NCBI GenBank assembly: GCA_013265495.1
Contig: MU058781.1
Span: forward strand, 8,351,009-8,415,008
Source: Vicugna vicugna
Taxonomy: Eukaryota
Direction of reading: 5' to 3'
DNA length: 64,000 bases
In this document: positions 1 through 11,380 of the stretch, piece by piece
Position numbering within the stretch: the first letter of the stretch is position 1
How the letters are laid out: the number at the start of each line of letters is the position of its first letter
Notes under the pieces: model-generated
Told to the model about the DNA's origin: nothing
The model's input: only the letters and a program-made list of their open reading frames with translations
Databases searched by the model: none
Made by a program: the position numbers and the translations under genes

Positions 1-269
1 CTTTCTAAGATGTTGCATTTATCAATCATCTCAATACTCAGGGACTTGTAGAGTCAAAATTGCAATGTCTGTCCTCATCATTATGAACAGCTTGAGATTG
101 GAAACCTAGCCTTAAACTTCTATTGTAGTCCCAGAAATGCTTAGCATGGTGGAGGCCCCATGGACACACTCAACACTTGTTCTATTGATTTGAAAAGAAA
201 AGAAAATCGAGAGGAAAAAGACAGGATGAAACTCACACAGTGCCAAGTCTTCTCACTCTGAGGACCATA

Positions 270-1520
270 TTGATTTTTGTTAAGTCAGGTTTATTGAAGC
301 ACAATTTACATACATTCTCTGAGTTTTGACAAGTGCATATGGCTATTAGCCACCATCAACATCAAGACACAGGACAGTTTGAGCTAATAAAACATCCTCT
401 GTGCTCTGTGTAGTCATCCCCTCTCTCTGCCCCTGGCAATCATTGATCTGTTTACTGCTCCTATATTTTTCTTCCTTTGCTGCATGTCATATAAATGGAC
501 TCATCCAGTATATGACCTTTTGAGCCTGGTTCCTTTCACTTAGCATAATGTATTTGAGATTCATCCATTTTGTTGCGTGTATCAATAGTTTGTTCCATTT
601 TCCATGGTATGAGTGGCCCTCAGTTTGCTTGTCCATTTAGCATTTAAATTGTTTCCAGTTTGGGGCCATATGAATAAAGCTGCTGTAACCAGTCATGTAC
701 AGGTTTTTGTATGAACATATATTTTCATTTTTCTTGGATAAACATACAGAAGTGCAACTGTTGGAACATGTAATATGCTTAACTTTTTAAGGAAACGCCA
801 AACTGTTTTCCAAAGTGGCTGTAACCACTTTACATCCTTGCCAACAATACAGGATAGTCCCAATTCTCCCAGATCCTCAACAGCACTTGGCATTGTCCAT
901 TTGTTCATTATTATGATTATGATTATTATTAAAAATAATTTTAATAGCTATGTTTCATTGTGGTTTGCCTAATAACAATGTTGAGCATCTTTTCATGTGC
1001 TTACTTGCCATCCATATGTATTCCTTGGTGAAATGTCTATTCAAATCTCTTGCTCTCTTTAATTGCTTTGTTTGCTTTCTCACTGAATTTTGAGAATTCT
1101 CTATCATACTGGATATAAGTCCTTTAACAAATATATGTTTGGAAATATTTTCTCCCAGTCTCCAGTTTGTCTTTTTTAACAAAGCACATACAGTAGAATT
1201 CACATGGGTGTACAATTCTGTGTGTTTAAAACATATATAGATTCTTGTAACCACCACAAATAGGATACAGAACATTCCAACACCACAAAGAATTCACTCT
1301 TTTCCCCACCCCAACCTCTGGCAACCTGTTCTCTGTTCCCATAGTTTTGTCTTTTCCAGTCTCTCAAGTAAATGGAATCATATGGTATGTAATCTTTTGA
1401 GACTAGCTTCTTTCAAGTAGCGTAATACTGAGCAACAGTCTGTTGTATGGATATACCACAGTTTATTTATCCATTTGTTTGCTAAAGGACATTTAAATGA
1501 TTTCTGGTTTTTGGTAATGA
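270..1520 (-). mobile_element. Old LINE-1 (L1M-type) 3' region fragments, probably two pieces
   Basis: Antisense L1 3'UTR/ORF2-end motifs: tttcacttagcataatgtatttgagattcatcca, gagcatcttttcatgtgcttacttgccatcc, gtatggatataccacagttt. Minus ORFs carry the L1-like peptides LNRHFTKEYIWMASKHMKRCST and QPLWKTVWRFLKKL. Confidence 0.9.
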
Positions 1521-2336
1521 GGATTTTGGGAAAATAAGTGCATTCATCTCATGATGAATAAACACAAAATACTGGACATTGTTGAAGACAAGAGAGTCAA
1601 GCAACACTGTTGGAAAAGTCAGCAAAGATGGGCTAACAGAAAAGTGGACAGAAGGCACCATGGGGCCAGCTCATTTAGGATGATACCCCTAAGGGGAATG
1701 GAGAAACCAAAGTCAGTGTGAGAAGCTCTGTGAGTCAGAAAGGAAGGCTAGGTCAACACTGGACGCTGGCTTGTGGCCGATCGCAGGAGATGCAGTTGGA
1801 CACAGGACGACTATTGGTAACGCTATACAGGTACAACCATATTAAATATTTCACCAACATTTTCATAATGTCTCCTCCCTAGTTCTCAGAAAACATAATA
1901 ATAAAACGCTCTTTGCAGCAGAACAGCTAAAACCTAAACCAGAAAGAGCGTTCAGAAGCCATGTTGAGAGAGAAGCAAGGAAAAAATTCAGCTGAGAACC
2001 TGCAGTGAGATATTTATTTGTTCCCTGAGCTTCCTATGTATCTTCCAAAACAAAAAGAGATCATTTTTATCCTTTTGGTTGTTAACTGGAGGAACGTCAG
2101 TTTTTCAGGAGAAGAAAACCTTTTCTGTCGCTAAATTCTCAGATAAATTTGTTGCATAGTTTCTTATATAAAAGATCTGTAAGAAATATTGAATAGCGTC
2201 ATGAAAACAACAGTTTTGCAAGAGACGCAAAAAATTCTTCATAGGAAATTGCATTGTATTCCACCCTCAGCGTTACTCACCAGAACATAGCACATGGAAA
2301 AATCTGGTGTGTTCACATCCAATTTCTCAGACGTGG

Positions 2337-2480
2337 TCAGTGGTACCACCTGGGTCAAAATCACCAGGCGCTACTTGATAGACATACAAATTCCTAAGCC
2401 CTATCCCAGACCAACTAAACCAAAATTTGGGTAGAAAGGGCACAGGAATCTGGTACATGAAAGTTTGAAAACCACCCCTA
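2337..2480. mobile_element. MER5A-like hAT-Charlie DNA transposon remnant
   Basis: cagtgg...aaaatcacc...aaattcctaagccctatcccagacc...aggaatctg...aagtttgaaaaccac resembles MER5A. Confidence 0.6.
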
Positions 2481-3512
2481 ACCACCCCTATAGAAAAGTA
2501 TGGCTGCTTTTAGGTCATGGAATAATGCAGAGACAGAAATGGAAAGATTTGGGGAAATGAATAATTAACATGTCCTTTAAATCACCTCTCTTGGTATTAA
2601 TTGCTTCCGCTGTGCTTTTGGCAGCCAATTAAGTGCAGGGTTCTTTGGTAAGTCCCTGGGGTGCAAACCTTCAATATTATTGACTGAATCGTGATAATTC
2701 AAATACTTTGAAGTACGTCTGCCTACAAAAAAAGCTGTCCTCTTGCTCATCGCTTCAAAAAAGAGTCTTGATAAGCACATTAATAAAGAAAAGAAGAGGT
2801 TGATCCTATTTTTGTTTCTATTGGCCCAGCAATCTGCTGGAAGCATGTTAGTGCCCCGCACATTAGTGTCTGCACCGTCCATCCCAAATGAGACCTAAAC
2901 ACAGACCAAGAAGCCCTTAACTTGGAAACACCTGCCTTATAAAGCTTTAGTTCATGGAGGTGCCTGAAAGTCATAAACTACAGTTCTTCAAAAATCTTCT
3001 TGAGTTTAGACTGTGCTCCCACGGCTGGTTGACGTTATTGAAGCATTACAGTCTATGTCATGAATCTCCTCATTCTAACTTCAGGAAACCACTAAAGGAT
3101 TTGTCAATTTTCTCTTTAAAAGCAGGATAAACAGAAGAGGCCAACCAGTGAGAAATAGGTGGAAATTTCAAGTCAAGAAAACATAATGCATTTATTTTAT
3201 AACCCCATCTATGCTTAGATCACATGCCTGCCCAGAACATCTTGATATACATTCATTTCCTTGAGAGAAGCTGCCAGGCTGTATAACAATGTCCACGGTC
3301 GTTGTCTGTGTCTGGCAACACCTAGCATTTGTGCAGCCCTCCTTGTGAGTATATGTGAAATGCTGAACGTGTTACAAAGCCTCTATCAGTGGTTACATTT
3401 TAGGGGGGAATACTCCACCACATTAACATAGAAAGACATGTTGCAATAACTTAGATTTCTAAAACTCAGTAGAAAAATGGGAAGGCTGCTTCCACTGAAA
3501 ATAACACAGTGA

Positions 3513-3620
3513 GGGGAGAGGGCCGAGCTCAGTGGTAGAGCACGTGCTTGGTATGCGTGCGGTCCTGGGTTCCATCCCCAGGACCTCCATTAAAAAAAAA
3601 GAAAAAGAAAAAGAAAAGAA
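3513..3620 (+). mobile_element. tRNA-Ala-derived SINE (camelid Vic-1-like)
   Basis: A-box gctcagtggtagag, B-box ggttccatccc, A-rich tail; diverged TSD aaataacacagtg / aaagaacacaatg. Confidence 0.9.
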
Positions 3621-4519
3621 CACAATGTTGAGCTTTAAATCCATGAAATTAAAAATACCATTTTGCATACCAGAACATGCAAAGAAAACCAATAACCACC
3701 ACCATTGTTTGCTTCAGAACGATTAGACAAACAAAATATGTGAACATTGTATTTGACTTATGATTACATCTACTTTCATTTCTGTTTAACCCCATCCTTT
3801 TTTGTCTTGTGGGCTGAAAAACGGTGATGATAAATTTCTCATTCAATATGGACCATCCTTTTTTGTCTCCGCCACCCGCACCTTCAACTCTCAAGGAATG
3901 TATTTCCTAGAGGAATGTTATGGTCTGTGTCCACATTTCGGCACTGTACACTGCATTTATGTATACACATAAATATATACTTTGGGATGTTTACCTTGAA
4001 AGAAACTTTGGTTTGGCCAGTTACTCTAACACTTGATACCTTTTCAATCATGCAGTTGATAATAGCTGGAAGTTCCCTTAGAGTTCCCCAGTTTTTAAAC
4101 ATTAAATCTTTTAGACTCATTCCAGGCCATTTCCTTTTCTAATCCTTGACTCTTTCTTGAAATGACCCCTTTCAGTTCAGCCAAATGTAAACAAAACTGA
4201 ATTTTAGCTCTGCTCTTAAGAGAGCTGTGTTTAGACAATGATTTGCTCCAGGCCAGTGCTTTTCAGAGGGGAGATTTTGATCTCTGGGAATCCTTGAAGG
4301 TGAAAGATGACAAAGATCAGGAAGGCAAGATTAGAACTACATATGTATATATTTGTTCATCATGCTGATGTTAGAGGGGGGAGAAAAACCTCAAGATTTA
4401 GATTCCAGTAAAAAGCATCTAAGCATGAAGGACCACTTACATAATTCAAAAATGTAGAATTTTCCTGTCACTCATCAAAATAACTATTTATTTATAATTC
4501 TGCATTATTTCAAAATGGA

Positions 4520-4805
4520 TTTTATTATATGATTCCATTTATATGAAATGTACTAAGTAAGTGAATTCCTAGAGACAGAAAGGAGACCGGTGGTTGTCTG
4601 GGGCTAGAGGGTAGCGGTAGGAAGATCTGGGGAGTGGCTGCTCAGGGTTACAGGGCTTCTTTTGGGGGTGACAAAAATGTTCTAAAACTAGATAGTGGTG
4701 TTGGTTGCACAACTCTGTGCATACACTAAAAACCACCGAATTGTATACCTTAGAAGGGTGAATTTTATGGCTATGCACATTATATCCCAATAAAGCTGTT
4801 AGTTA
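4520..4805 (+). mobile_element. L1M 3' end
   Basis: atgattccatttatatgaaatg...agagacagaaag...ggttgcacaactctgtg...ggtgaattttatgg...aataaagctgtt. Confidence 0.85.
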
Positions 4806-4839
4806 AAAAGTGAATTTACATGGTTCCCGTCAGTCAATA

Positions 4840-5410
4840 AAAAGATGACAAACACTCCAACAGAAAGTGGGTGAAGGATCTGTATTGGAAACTCAAGAGA
4901 GGAAAAACCACAGTTAGGCCAGTAAGTAGGAAAACAGACACAGTGTCGTGAGTGCTGGGGGGAAATGCAGAACAAAACAACAGGGAGATATTTCAAACCC
5001 ATTATATTGGCAAAAATTGTAACAATTCCAAAAGACGGCAGGGTGTGAAAGTCAGGTTCTCATCCATAGCTGGTGGGAACGTAAATTGGTACAAGGACTT
5101 TGGAGGGCAATTTGGCAACATCTCAAAGTTAAAAATAAGCATAACCTTCAACCCAGGCAGTTTCATTCTCAGCCCACTCTCACATACCAGGGTAAGGAAA
5201 TCCGTACAGGGGTGTGCATTAGCACTGTTTGTAACAGGGAGAAAAGGAAACAACTCAAAGGCCTGTCAATAAAGGGATGGGGAGTTAAACTGCAGAGCGT
5301 CCATGCAATGGAATACTGTAAGAGCACCAAAATAAGTGAGGTAGATTCACTAGGAGAAAAAATGTATTTATAAAACACATGCCATGGAATTTTTTTAAAA
5401 GGGAGGTAGA
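4840..5410 (+). mobile_element. Very old L1 (L1ME-like) ORF2-end/3'UTR fragment
   Basis: gctggtgggaacgtaaattggtacaag...tttggagggcaatttggcaa...catgcaatggaatactg. Confidence 0.7.
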
Positions 5411-5799
5411 ATAGGAGAAATAAGATAAAGTTAAGGGTTTTATGCACAGAATGAGGTTTGGCTACTGCTGGGTCACCTTTGGCTCTGAGCTTTCAGCAGC
5501 CATGCACAAAGGGAAATCTGATCAATTACAGAATTAGACCATGATGGGAAAACATGCAACCACGCCTGACACGGAGAGCAGAGGGAAATTTCCCCCAGGG
5601 TTTTCAGAAAGAGGCCACCGTGTGAGGTGGGTCATGAACAAATCCTCAATGTCATTCTCTCATCCTTAGAACGACTCTCATTTCCACGAAGACACACCCC
5701 TGTGCTTCAGTCTCCAAGTATCTTGGCTTTATCAGAATATTCATTGCTGAGATCAGGGTTAGAAACTGAGGTCCCAAAGTGCTTTGCTTGGCCAGCACG

Positions 5800-5930
5800 G
5801 TGTTTAAGATTTTTAAATGTGGCTGGTTTCATGGAGGAACTGAATTTAAATTTTATTTAGCTTTAACGAATGTTAATGTAAATAGTCATGTGTAGCCAGT
5901 CGTGATCCTACAGAGCAGGGTAGCTCCAGA
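5800..5930. mobile_element. MER3/MER33-like hAT remnant
   Basis: aaatgtggctgg...gaggaactgaatttaaattttatttag...aaatagtcatgtgtagccagt. Confidence 0.6.
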
Positions 5931-6079
5931 AGACCACAGTTCCACTCTTCTCTACTTTGTTAAGCCTTTACTTTCAGCATCACACATTTAGATTATCTGG
6001 CTCCTAGAGGTGTTTTTGTTTGTAACTCATGTTTTAAAGTGCTCTGTCTCGAGGAAGGACAGATTGCAATTTTATTGCA

Positions 6080-6560
6080 CATCCTCTTTTGTCCACTTAT
6101 TCAATAAATACTCCCTCTACCTGTGTTATCAGGTCTGTGACAGATATGGTACCTACCACATCGAGGGTGACACAAACCAGTCAATCTATGACAGCACTGC
6201 AAAGATGGGTGATGCACATGGTGGGGGGAAGCAAGGTCCTCAGGGAGCATGCAGGATGGTGGCACTTGAAAATCCAACCTGAACTTGGTGGGACAGAGAG
6301 AGATGCCCTGTAAGGGAGAACTGAGAGTAAGTACAAGTCAGCTGGCCTGAGGGGCTGGGGGGAAGGGGCAGTTCTTAGAAGAGGAAACAGCATGGCCTAT
6401 TCTAGGGATTCAAAGAAATTCACCAGAGTTTAGAACGCGGGGGCAGGCGATTGTGAAAGACTGACAGAGGGTGAGCTCGCGCAGGATGTTTGAACTGACT
6501 TTGGACTTTGTCCTAAAGGCAGTAAAATCCCCTGAAAAATGTCTAAGCAGAGGAGTAGAT
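6080..6560 (-). mobile_element. L2 LINE fragment
   Basis: Antisense L2 motifs: ttattcaataaatac, agaggaaacagcatgg, gactttggactttgtcctaaaggcag, taagcagaggag. Confidence 0.6.
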
Positions 6561-6595
6561 GCCTGTCATCTCTATGGTCAAAATAAACCCACAAG

Positions 6596-7150
6596 ACTTA
6601 CTGTATGATCCAGCAGTTCCACTCCCGGGGATACCCCAAAGAAATGAAAGCAGCGATTTGAATAGTTATGTACAGACTCATATTCATAGCACCATTACTT
6701 ACAATAGCCGAAAGGTGGGAACAACCTAAATGTCCATCAGCGAATGAGTGGATGAACAAAATGTGGTCTACACACACAATGAAATGTTATTCAGCCTTAA
6801 AAAGGGCGGAAATTCTGACACACGCTACAACATGGATGAAACTTGAGGATGTCAAGTGAACAAATCAGAGACAAAAAGACATTGTTACATAATTCCACTT
6901 ACATGAGGTAACAAGAATAGTCATATTCATAGAGACAGAAAGTAAAGCAGAGGTTGCTGGGGGCTGGGGGGGAGGAGGGAATGAATTATTATTTAATGGA
7001 TACAGAATTTCAGTTTGGGAAGATGCAAAATTCTAGACATGGATAACGGTTGCACAACAATGTGAATGCCACTGAACTGTATGCTCAAAGTGGTTTAAAT
7101 GGTAATTTTTATGTTATATATATTTTACCACAATAAAAAATGAATGAATA
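6596..7150 (+). mobile_element. L1MB-like LINE-1 3' end
   Basis: tatgatccagcagttccactc...ttcatagcaccattacttacaatagcc...aaatgtccatcag...acatggatgaaacttgagga...ttttaccacaataaaaaa. Confidence 0.9.
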
Positions 7151-7164
7151 AAATTAAATAAAAT

Positions 7165-7780
7165 AAGCCCTTCATCATTTCTTGCCAAAACTATGTAAAA
7201 GCCTTTAAACTGACCTCCCTGTAACCATTCTTGATCCCTTATATAGTTTCTTTTCTATTCAAGAGAGAGAGTGATGGATGAAACGTGAGTCAAATCACCT
7301 CCATTCCCTGCTGAAAAGCTTTCAGTGGCTGAACAGGTCTCTAGGGATCTGGTCCCTCATCATCTCCCTGGCCTCATCTCCTCCACTCTCCAGTGGTTGG
7401 CTCCACTCCAGCCTCACTGGCCTCTTTGAACTCACTGAGCAAGTCCCACTTTAGAGCGTTTTCACTCTGGTACATTCTCTTTTCTGACATTCACCTAGTT
7501 TGCTTCCTCACACCATTCTGAAGGTGCTATCACCTCTCAAACACCTTCCTTGGCCACCCTATCTAAAAACATTCCTATCTCACTTTCCTTTTATAGCATT
7601 TACCTCTGCCCATCATTTTAGTATGTAACATTTGCTAATTTGCTTATTGTCTGTCTCTCTTGCCATGCAAGTTCCATGAATGTACAGACTTAGTTTTGTA
7701 TGCCACTGAAGCCCAGTAATTGGAACCATGCTGGTCATGTAGGAAACACTCAATAAGTATCTGCTGAGTGGAAGAATAAT
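7165..7780 (+). mobile_element. L2 LINE 3' portion
   Basis: ccactccagcctcactggcctc...ccttccttggccaccctatctaaa...cactcaataagtatctgctgagtg (L2 tail). Confidence 0.8.
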
Positions 7781-7784
7781 TGTA

Positions 7785-8140
7785 TCTGTGTTTTAGAAAG
7801 ATTGTGAAGATGGATTGCAGTGGGGACTAGAATGGGAGAAACCAGCTGAGTAGCTGCTTCTTAATCATACAAGCAGTTGAGATGGCCAGGAGAGTAGCAG
7901 TGGGGGCACCAGGAGATGAGGGGGAAGGATTTGTGGAGAAGGGTGTATCAGGAGGCGAAGTTCTGTCAGTGAAGTAGAAAACTCCGAAAGAGGAGCAGGT
8001 TTGCGGGAGACGTGAGCTCCGGTTTAATCTTGTTGAGTGGACGTTCTTCCTCGAAATGTTCAGTGGGCAATTAGATTTCTTCGACAGAGAGATCTGGGCT
8101 AGCAACGCAGATTTGGCAGTTCATAAATATAATCTTAGTG
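7785..8140 (-). mobile_element. L2 LINE fragment
   Basis: tgtgttttagaaagat...gaggagcaggtttg...gagagatctgggctag. Confidence 0.65.
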
Positions 8141-8987
8141 GAAATTTTGATAACTGTTGAGCAGCAGTTAGTTGGAGGTTATGCTTTTTGAATAAATACT
8201 TAAATGTACATATTCAATGCTGCCAATTAATTTCAGACTCATGTGCTTTCACAGTCAGCCAACCTGGCCATATTTTGAAAACTGTATGGAATGCAGGAAA
8301 TGAAACTTCTATTTTAAAAAAATGGAGAAATGCTACTCTTTTTTTTTTATACTGCAAATGGGTCCATTTTAATGGATGATATCCAATCCTCAAGCCATAT
8401 ATTCTATAATCCATCTGATTAAATATGCAGATTAATGTTCGACCTTTATGGGAACGTCGTTATCCTTTATATTTAAAAGCGATCTCCTAATCCAACTCCA
8501 TCGTTTCACATACGGGAAAATCACATCCCTGGGACGTCACCGACCACCCAAGCTCACACAGTTGGACAGTCAGAGTCGGACCTAGAACTCACCTAGTCAC
8601 CCATCTGTTCCACCCAATGAAGCTGCTGTCAGACACCGAGACTTCACTCTTTATTATCTTTCTGCAAAGTTGAATGTGCAGCAAAACTGCTTGAGAATAA
8701 AGATATGGCCTCTGAGGCATGCTCCGATTTCACATTACTAAGAAGTACCAGCCATTTCTGCCTTCTGGATTTAAAGTCTGTGCTTTGATACCACTCAAAG
8801 GCTCTTCTCGAATGAATCTCTTACTTCATGGAAAAGTGTTATGAGATGATGTCCCTAAGGACCAAAACTTAGCGACCACTTCCAGCAATGAAATCTTACA
8901 TGAGAGGCAGAACAAAGACCCATCTCAATGGTGATGGTTACTCAGTCAGAGCTAGTAATGTTTCTGACCTAAACTAGAAAGTTAATT

Positions 8988-9390
8988 GTGGCAGACTCTT
9001 TAAAGGGCTACCCCCAAAGCCTCCCCAACCTCTTCTCCTTACCCCTTCCTACTATAAATTCTTCACTAAAGAGCAGGTGGCCTAGTGACTCAACTCAGAC
9101 CCACCGGACATAAGCAAGAGCCTTCCCAGGCGACTGCTGGGAAGTTGGCATGACCCTCATCCCATTACCGCTTCCTCCTTATGGACAGGATGGCTGGAGC
9201 TACAGCAGCTCTCTTGCATTTACGAGAGAAACGGCGAAGGGAATCACACAGTGGAGGCTCTGCCATTGTTGAACTGTTGAACCCAAACCCACCAACTCCA
9301 GATTTCTCCTGGGAGAAAAATTGCTCTTTGGTTGAGCCACTGTAGCTGTATTTTCTGTTTTCCACATCCAAATACAATTGTATTCAATGC
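8988..9390 (+). mobile_element. ERVL-class LTR (LTR33/LTR16-like)
   Basis: Starts tgtggcagac; contains gatggctggagctacagcagc...ttgagccactgtag...ttttctgtt. Confidence 0.6.
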
Positions 9391-9540
9391 ATTTAATCTA
9401 ATTATGGGAGGTGAGGGGGTGGGAGAGATGAGAGAATTGTTTTTGTTTTAGTTTAAATGGTTTTATTATTTTAATTTAATAAATAAATAAATACAACTGT
9501 AGCCCAAATACTAATGAAATAACTCAGATTGAAAGGGCTG

Positions 9541-9625
9541 GGGAGGGGCGGGTATGCTCAGTGCTAGAGCACACGCTTAGCATGCATGCTGGGTTCAATC
9601 CCCAGTACCTCTATTTAAAAAAAAA
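9541..9625 (+). mobile_element. tRNA-Ala-derived SINE (Vic-1-like) with a small internal deletion
   Basis: gctcagtgctagagcacacgcttagcatgcatgctgggttcaatccccagtacctct followed by polyA. Confidence 0.85.
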
Positions 9626-10559
9626 TGGTTGGGGATGGAATGGGGCTTATCAGAATATTTATGGGTGGAACCTAGTGTGTATGTGTGTGTGTGTGTGTGT
9701 ATCTCCAATGCCTCTTCTCCCAATTGGGAACTGTTTGTATAAGGTTTTCTTAATAGGTCCAGTTTTATCTCCTTACACCACCATAATCAAGCATGAAGAA
9801 AAATGACCTAGAAAGTCGGTATCCAAAGACAAATTCCATACAACATGGAAACTTTTCTAATTTGGTAAACTCTGAATATTGCCAAAAGATTTCAGAAAAT
9901 ATCCTAGGAGCACGAAATTATACAAACCATTAGAGACACCCTCAGACAATTTGTGAGGCTCTCAAGGGCTGCACCCCCGTGACCAAGTGCTGAGGAGATT
10001 AGGGAAAATCTGCTTTGCCCAGCCGGCACTCTGGCTCCACTCCTGTCCTGACACAACCCTGCAACAGCCCACTCCCTCGCCTGTGTAGTAGGTGGGGCTC
10101 AGCTGATGGAGCGATTGCAAGCCCTGGGCTCTGTTGCTATTAGCGCCTTGGCCGCATCGCTGTAAACCATCTGCTGGCTTTCCCTGCACCCATCACTCTG
10201 CAAAGATCGCGGTTCAATCTGCTCAACCACACCAGGGCCAAAGCTCCCTGATCAACAATGCTAGTCAATTCAGAAGTCAAGATCTTGCCAGCAATGGGTT
10301 GTTTCTTAGATCCTTTGTAGTTCCCCGCCTCCCCCGCCCCTAGTCTCACAAATAACATTGATAGAAGGCCTTTGAAACCCAGAGGTATTTTCTTGGTCCC
10401 CCCGACTTTGCAGGAAACAACCAGGCAGATGTTTCAACAATATTTTGTCATCCTTGATTTGACCACCAGCCTGGGAAACACTGTGAGACAGGTGAAGCTG
10501 GCTCATCCTGGCTCTATTAGAACATCCCTTAGCACCGTCAGAGCTTCCTCTTCTCCCAG

Positions 10560-10573
10560 CTGCCACCTGGTGA
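10560..10573 (-). promoter_or_regulatory. Candidate CTCF site
   Basis: Minus strand TCACCAGGTGGCAG, 13/14 match to CCRSYAGRKGGCRS. Confidence 0.4.
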
Positions 10574-11359
10574 CTCTGCCCGCCCAGAACCACCCCTTGG
10601 AAAGTCTATACACATGTGCCCCCAGCCAATCATCTGCCGCTTTGGGGAGCGAAGGCCCTTCGTGAATAACTTAGCCTAGACTTAAGGTTTCATACCGCCT
10701 GGAAACTGGCTCTTTAAGAACCACCCTAAATCCAGAGGAATGTATCTGGTGGTACTATTTTGGGCACCAGTGATGGGCTGCTGAGAGATGCTGGAGAAGC
10801 ACCACCCCCAGTCTGCCTGGATCCAGCCTGCCTTCGTTAGGAAGCGTCTGCATTCTCACTCCTGTGAGACATTTTCATTACTCTGGCACTTACAAATAAC
10901 TAAATAAAAAATAAATAACGATCTGTACATGTTTTATTTGTCCTCTTCCTACTATCAGCTGTTTCTTAAATCAAGTCATCTTTTTCCCTAATCATATGAA
11001 TTGGAAAGCAGTGTCACTGTTTGCTGCAGTGGAAATCCTAGAAGCTCACCAAAACCAGCTAACCTGCATGTGCCACACTGCGTAACCACACACAGGCAAA
11101 GCTTGTCAAAACAAGCCAGGAAAGCGGCCCCTTGGGTCACCTTCCTTCACATCAGTGGCACTTCCCAGTGGCCACTAACGGTCCTCCGACTGGTCTCTCT
11201 GAGCATGAGTGTTCCCCACTGCGACGTAGTCTATACTTTTGTGTCATGAATGAATCTCTTTGTTTATTCTGTTTACTATCCATGAAACTCCACCTGACTG
11301 TTCTCTTATTAAATGTATCACTAGACTCCCCCACTAACCCTGCAAATTATTTTCTTCAG

Positions 11360-11380
11360 AAGTACGTGGAAGCCGGCAGA
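11360..11380 (+). other. Candidate 21-nt microexon (KYVEAGR if phase 0) of an unidentified host gene
   Basis: Branch point CACTAAC 11332-11338, TGC 11341, ttattttcttcAG acceptor, 21-nt exon, AGA|GTAAGT donor, repeat-poor flanks. Confidence 0.45.

Noticed and set aside
693..1275. ORFs with L1 ORF2 C-terminal-like peptides (also 6668, 18925, 28793, 61609)
   Set aside because: Degenerate LINE-1 remnants, not host genes
1905..1952. Perfect 10-bp inverted repeat aacgctcttt/aaagagcgtt with a 28-nt spacer
   Set aside because: Roughly one or two such hits are expected by chance in 64 kb
3513..3590. tRNA-Ala-like genes (also 9541, 43831, 62346)
   Set aside because: They have A-rich tails, TSDs and disrupted stems, so they are SINE retrocopies rather than tRNA genes
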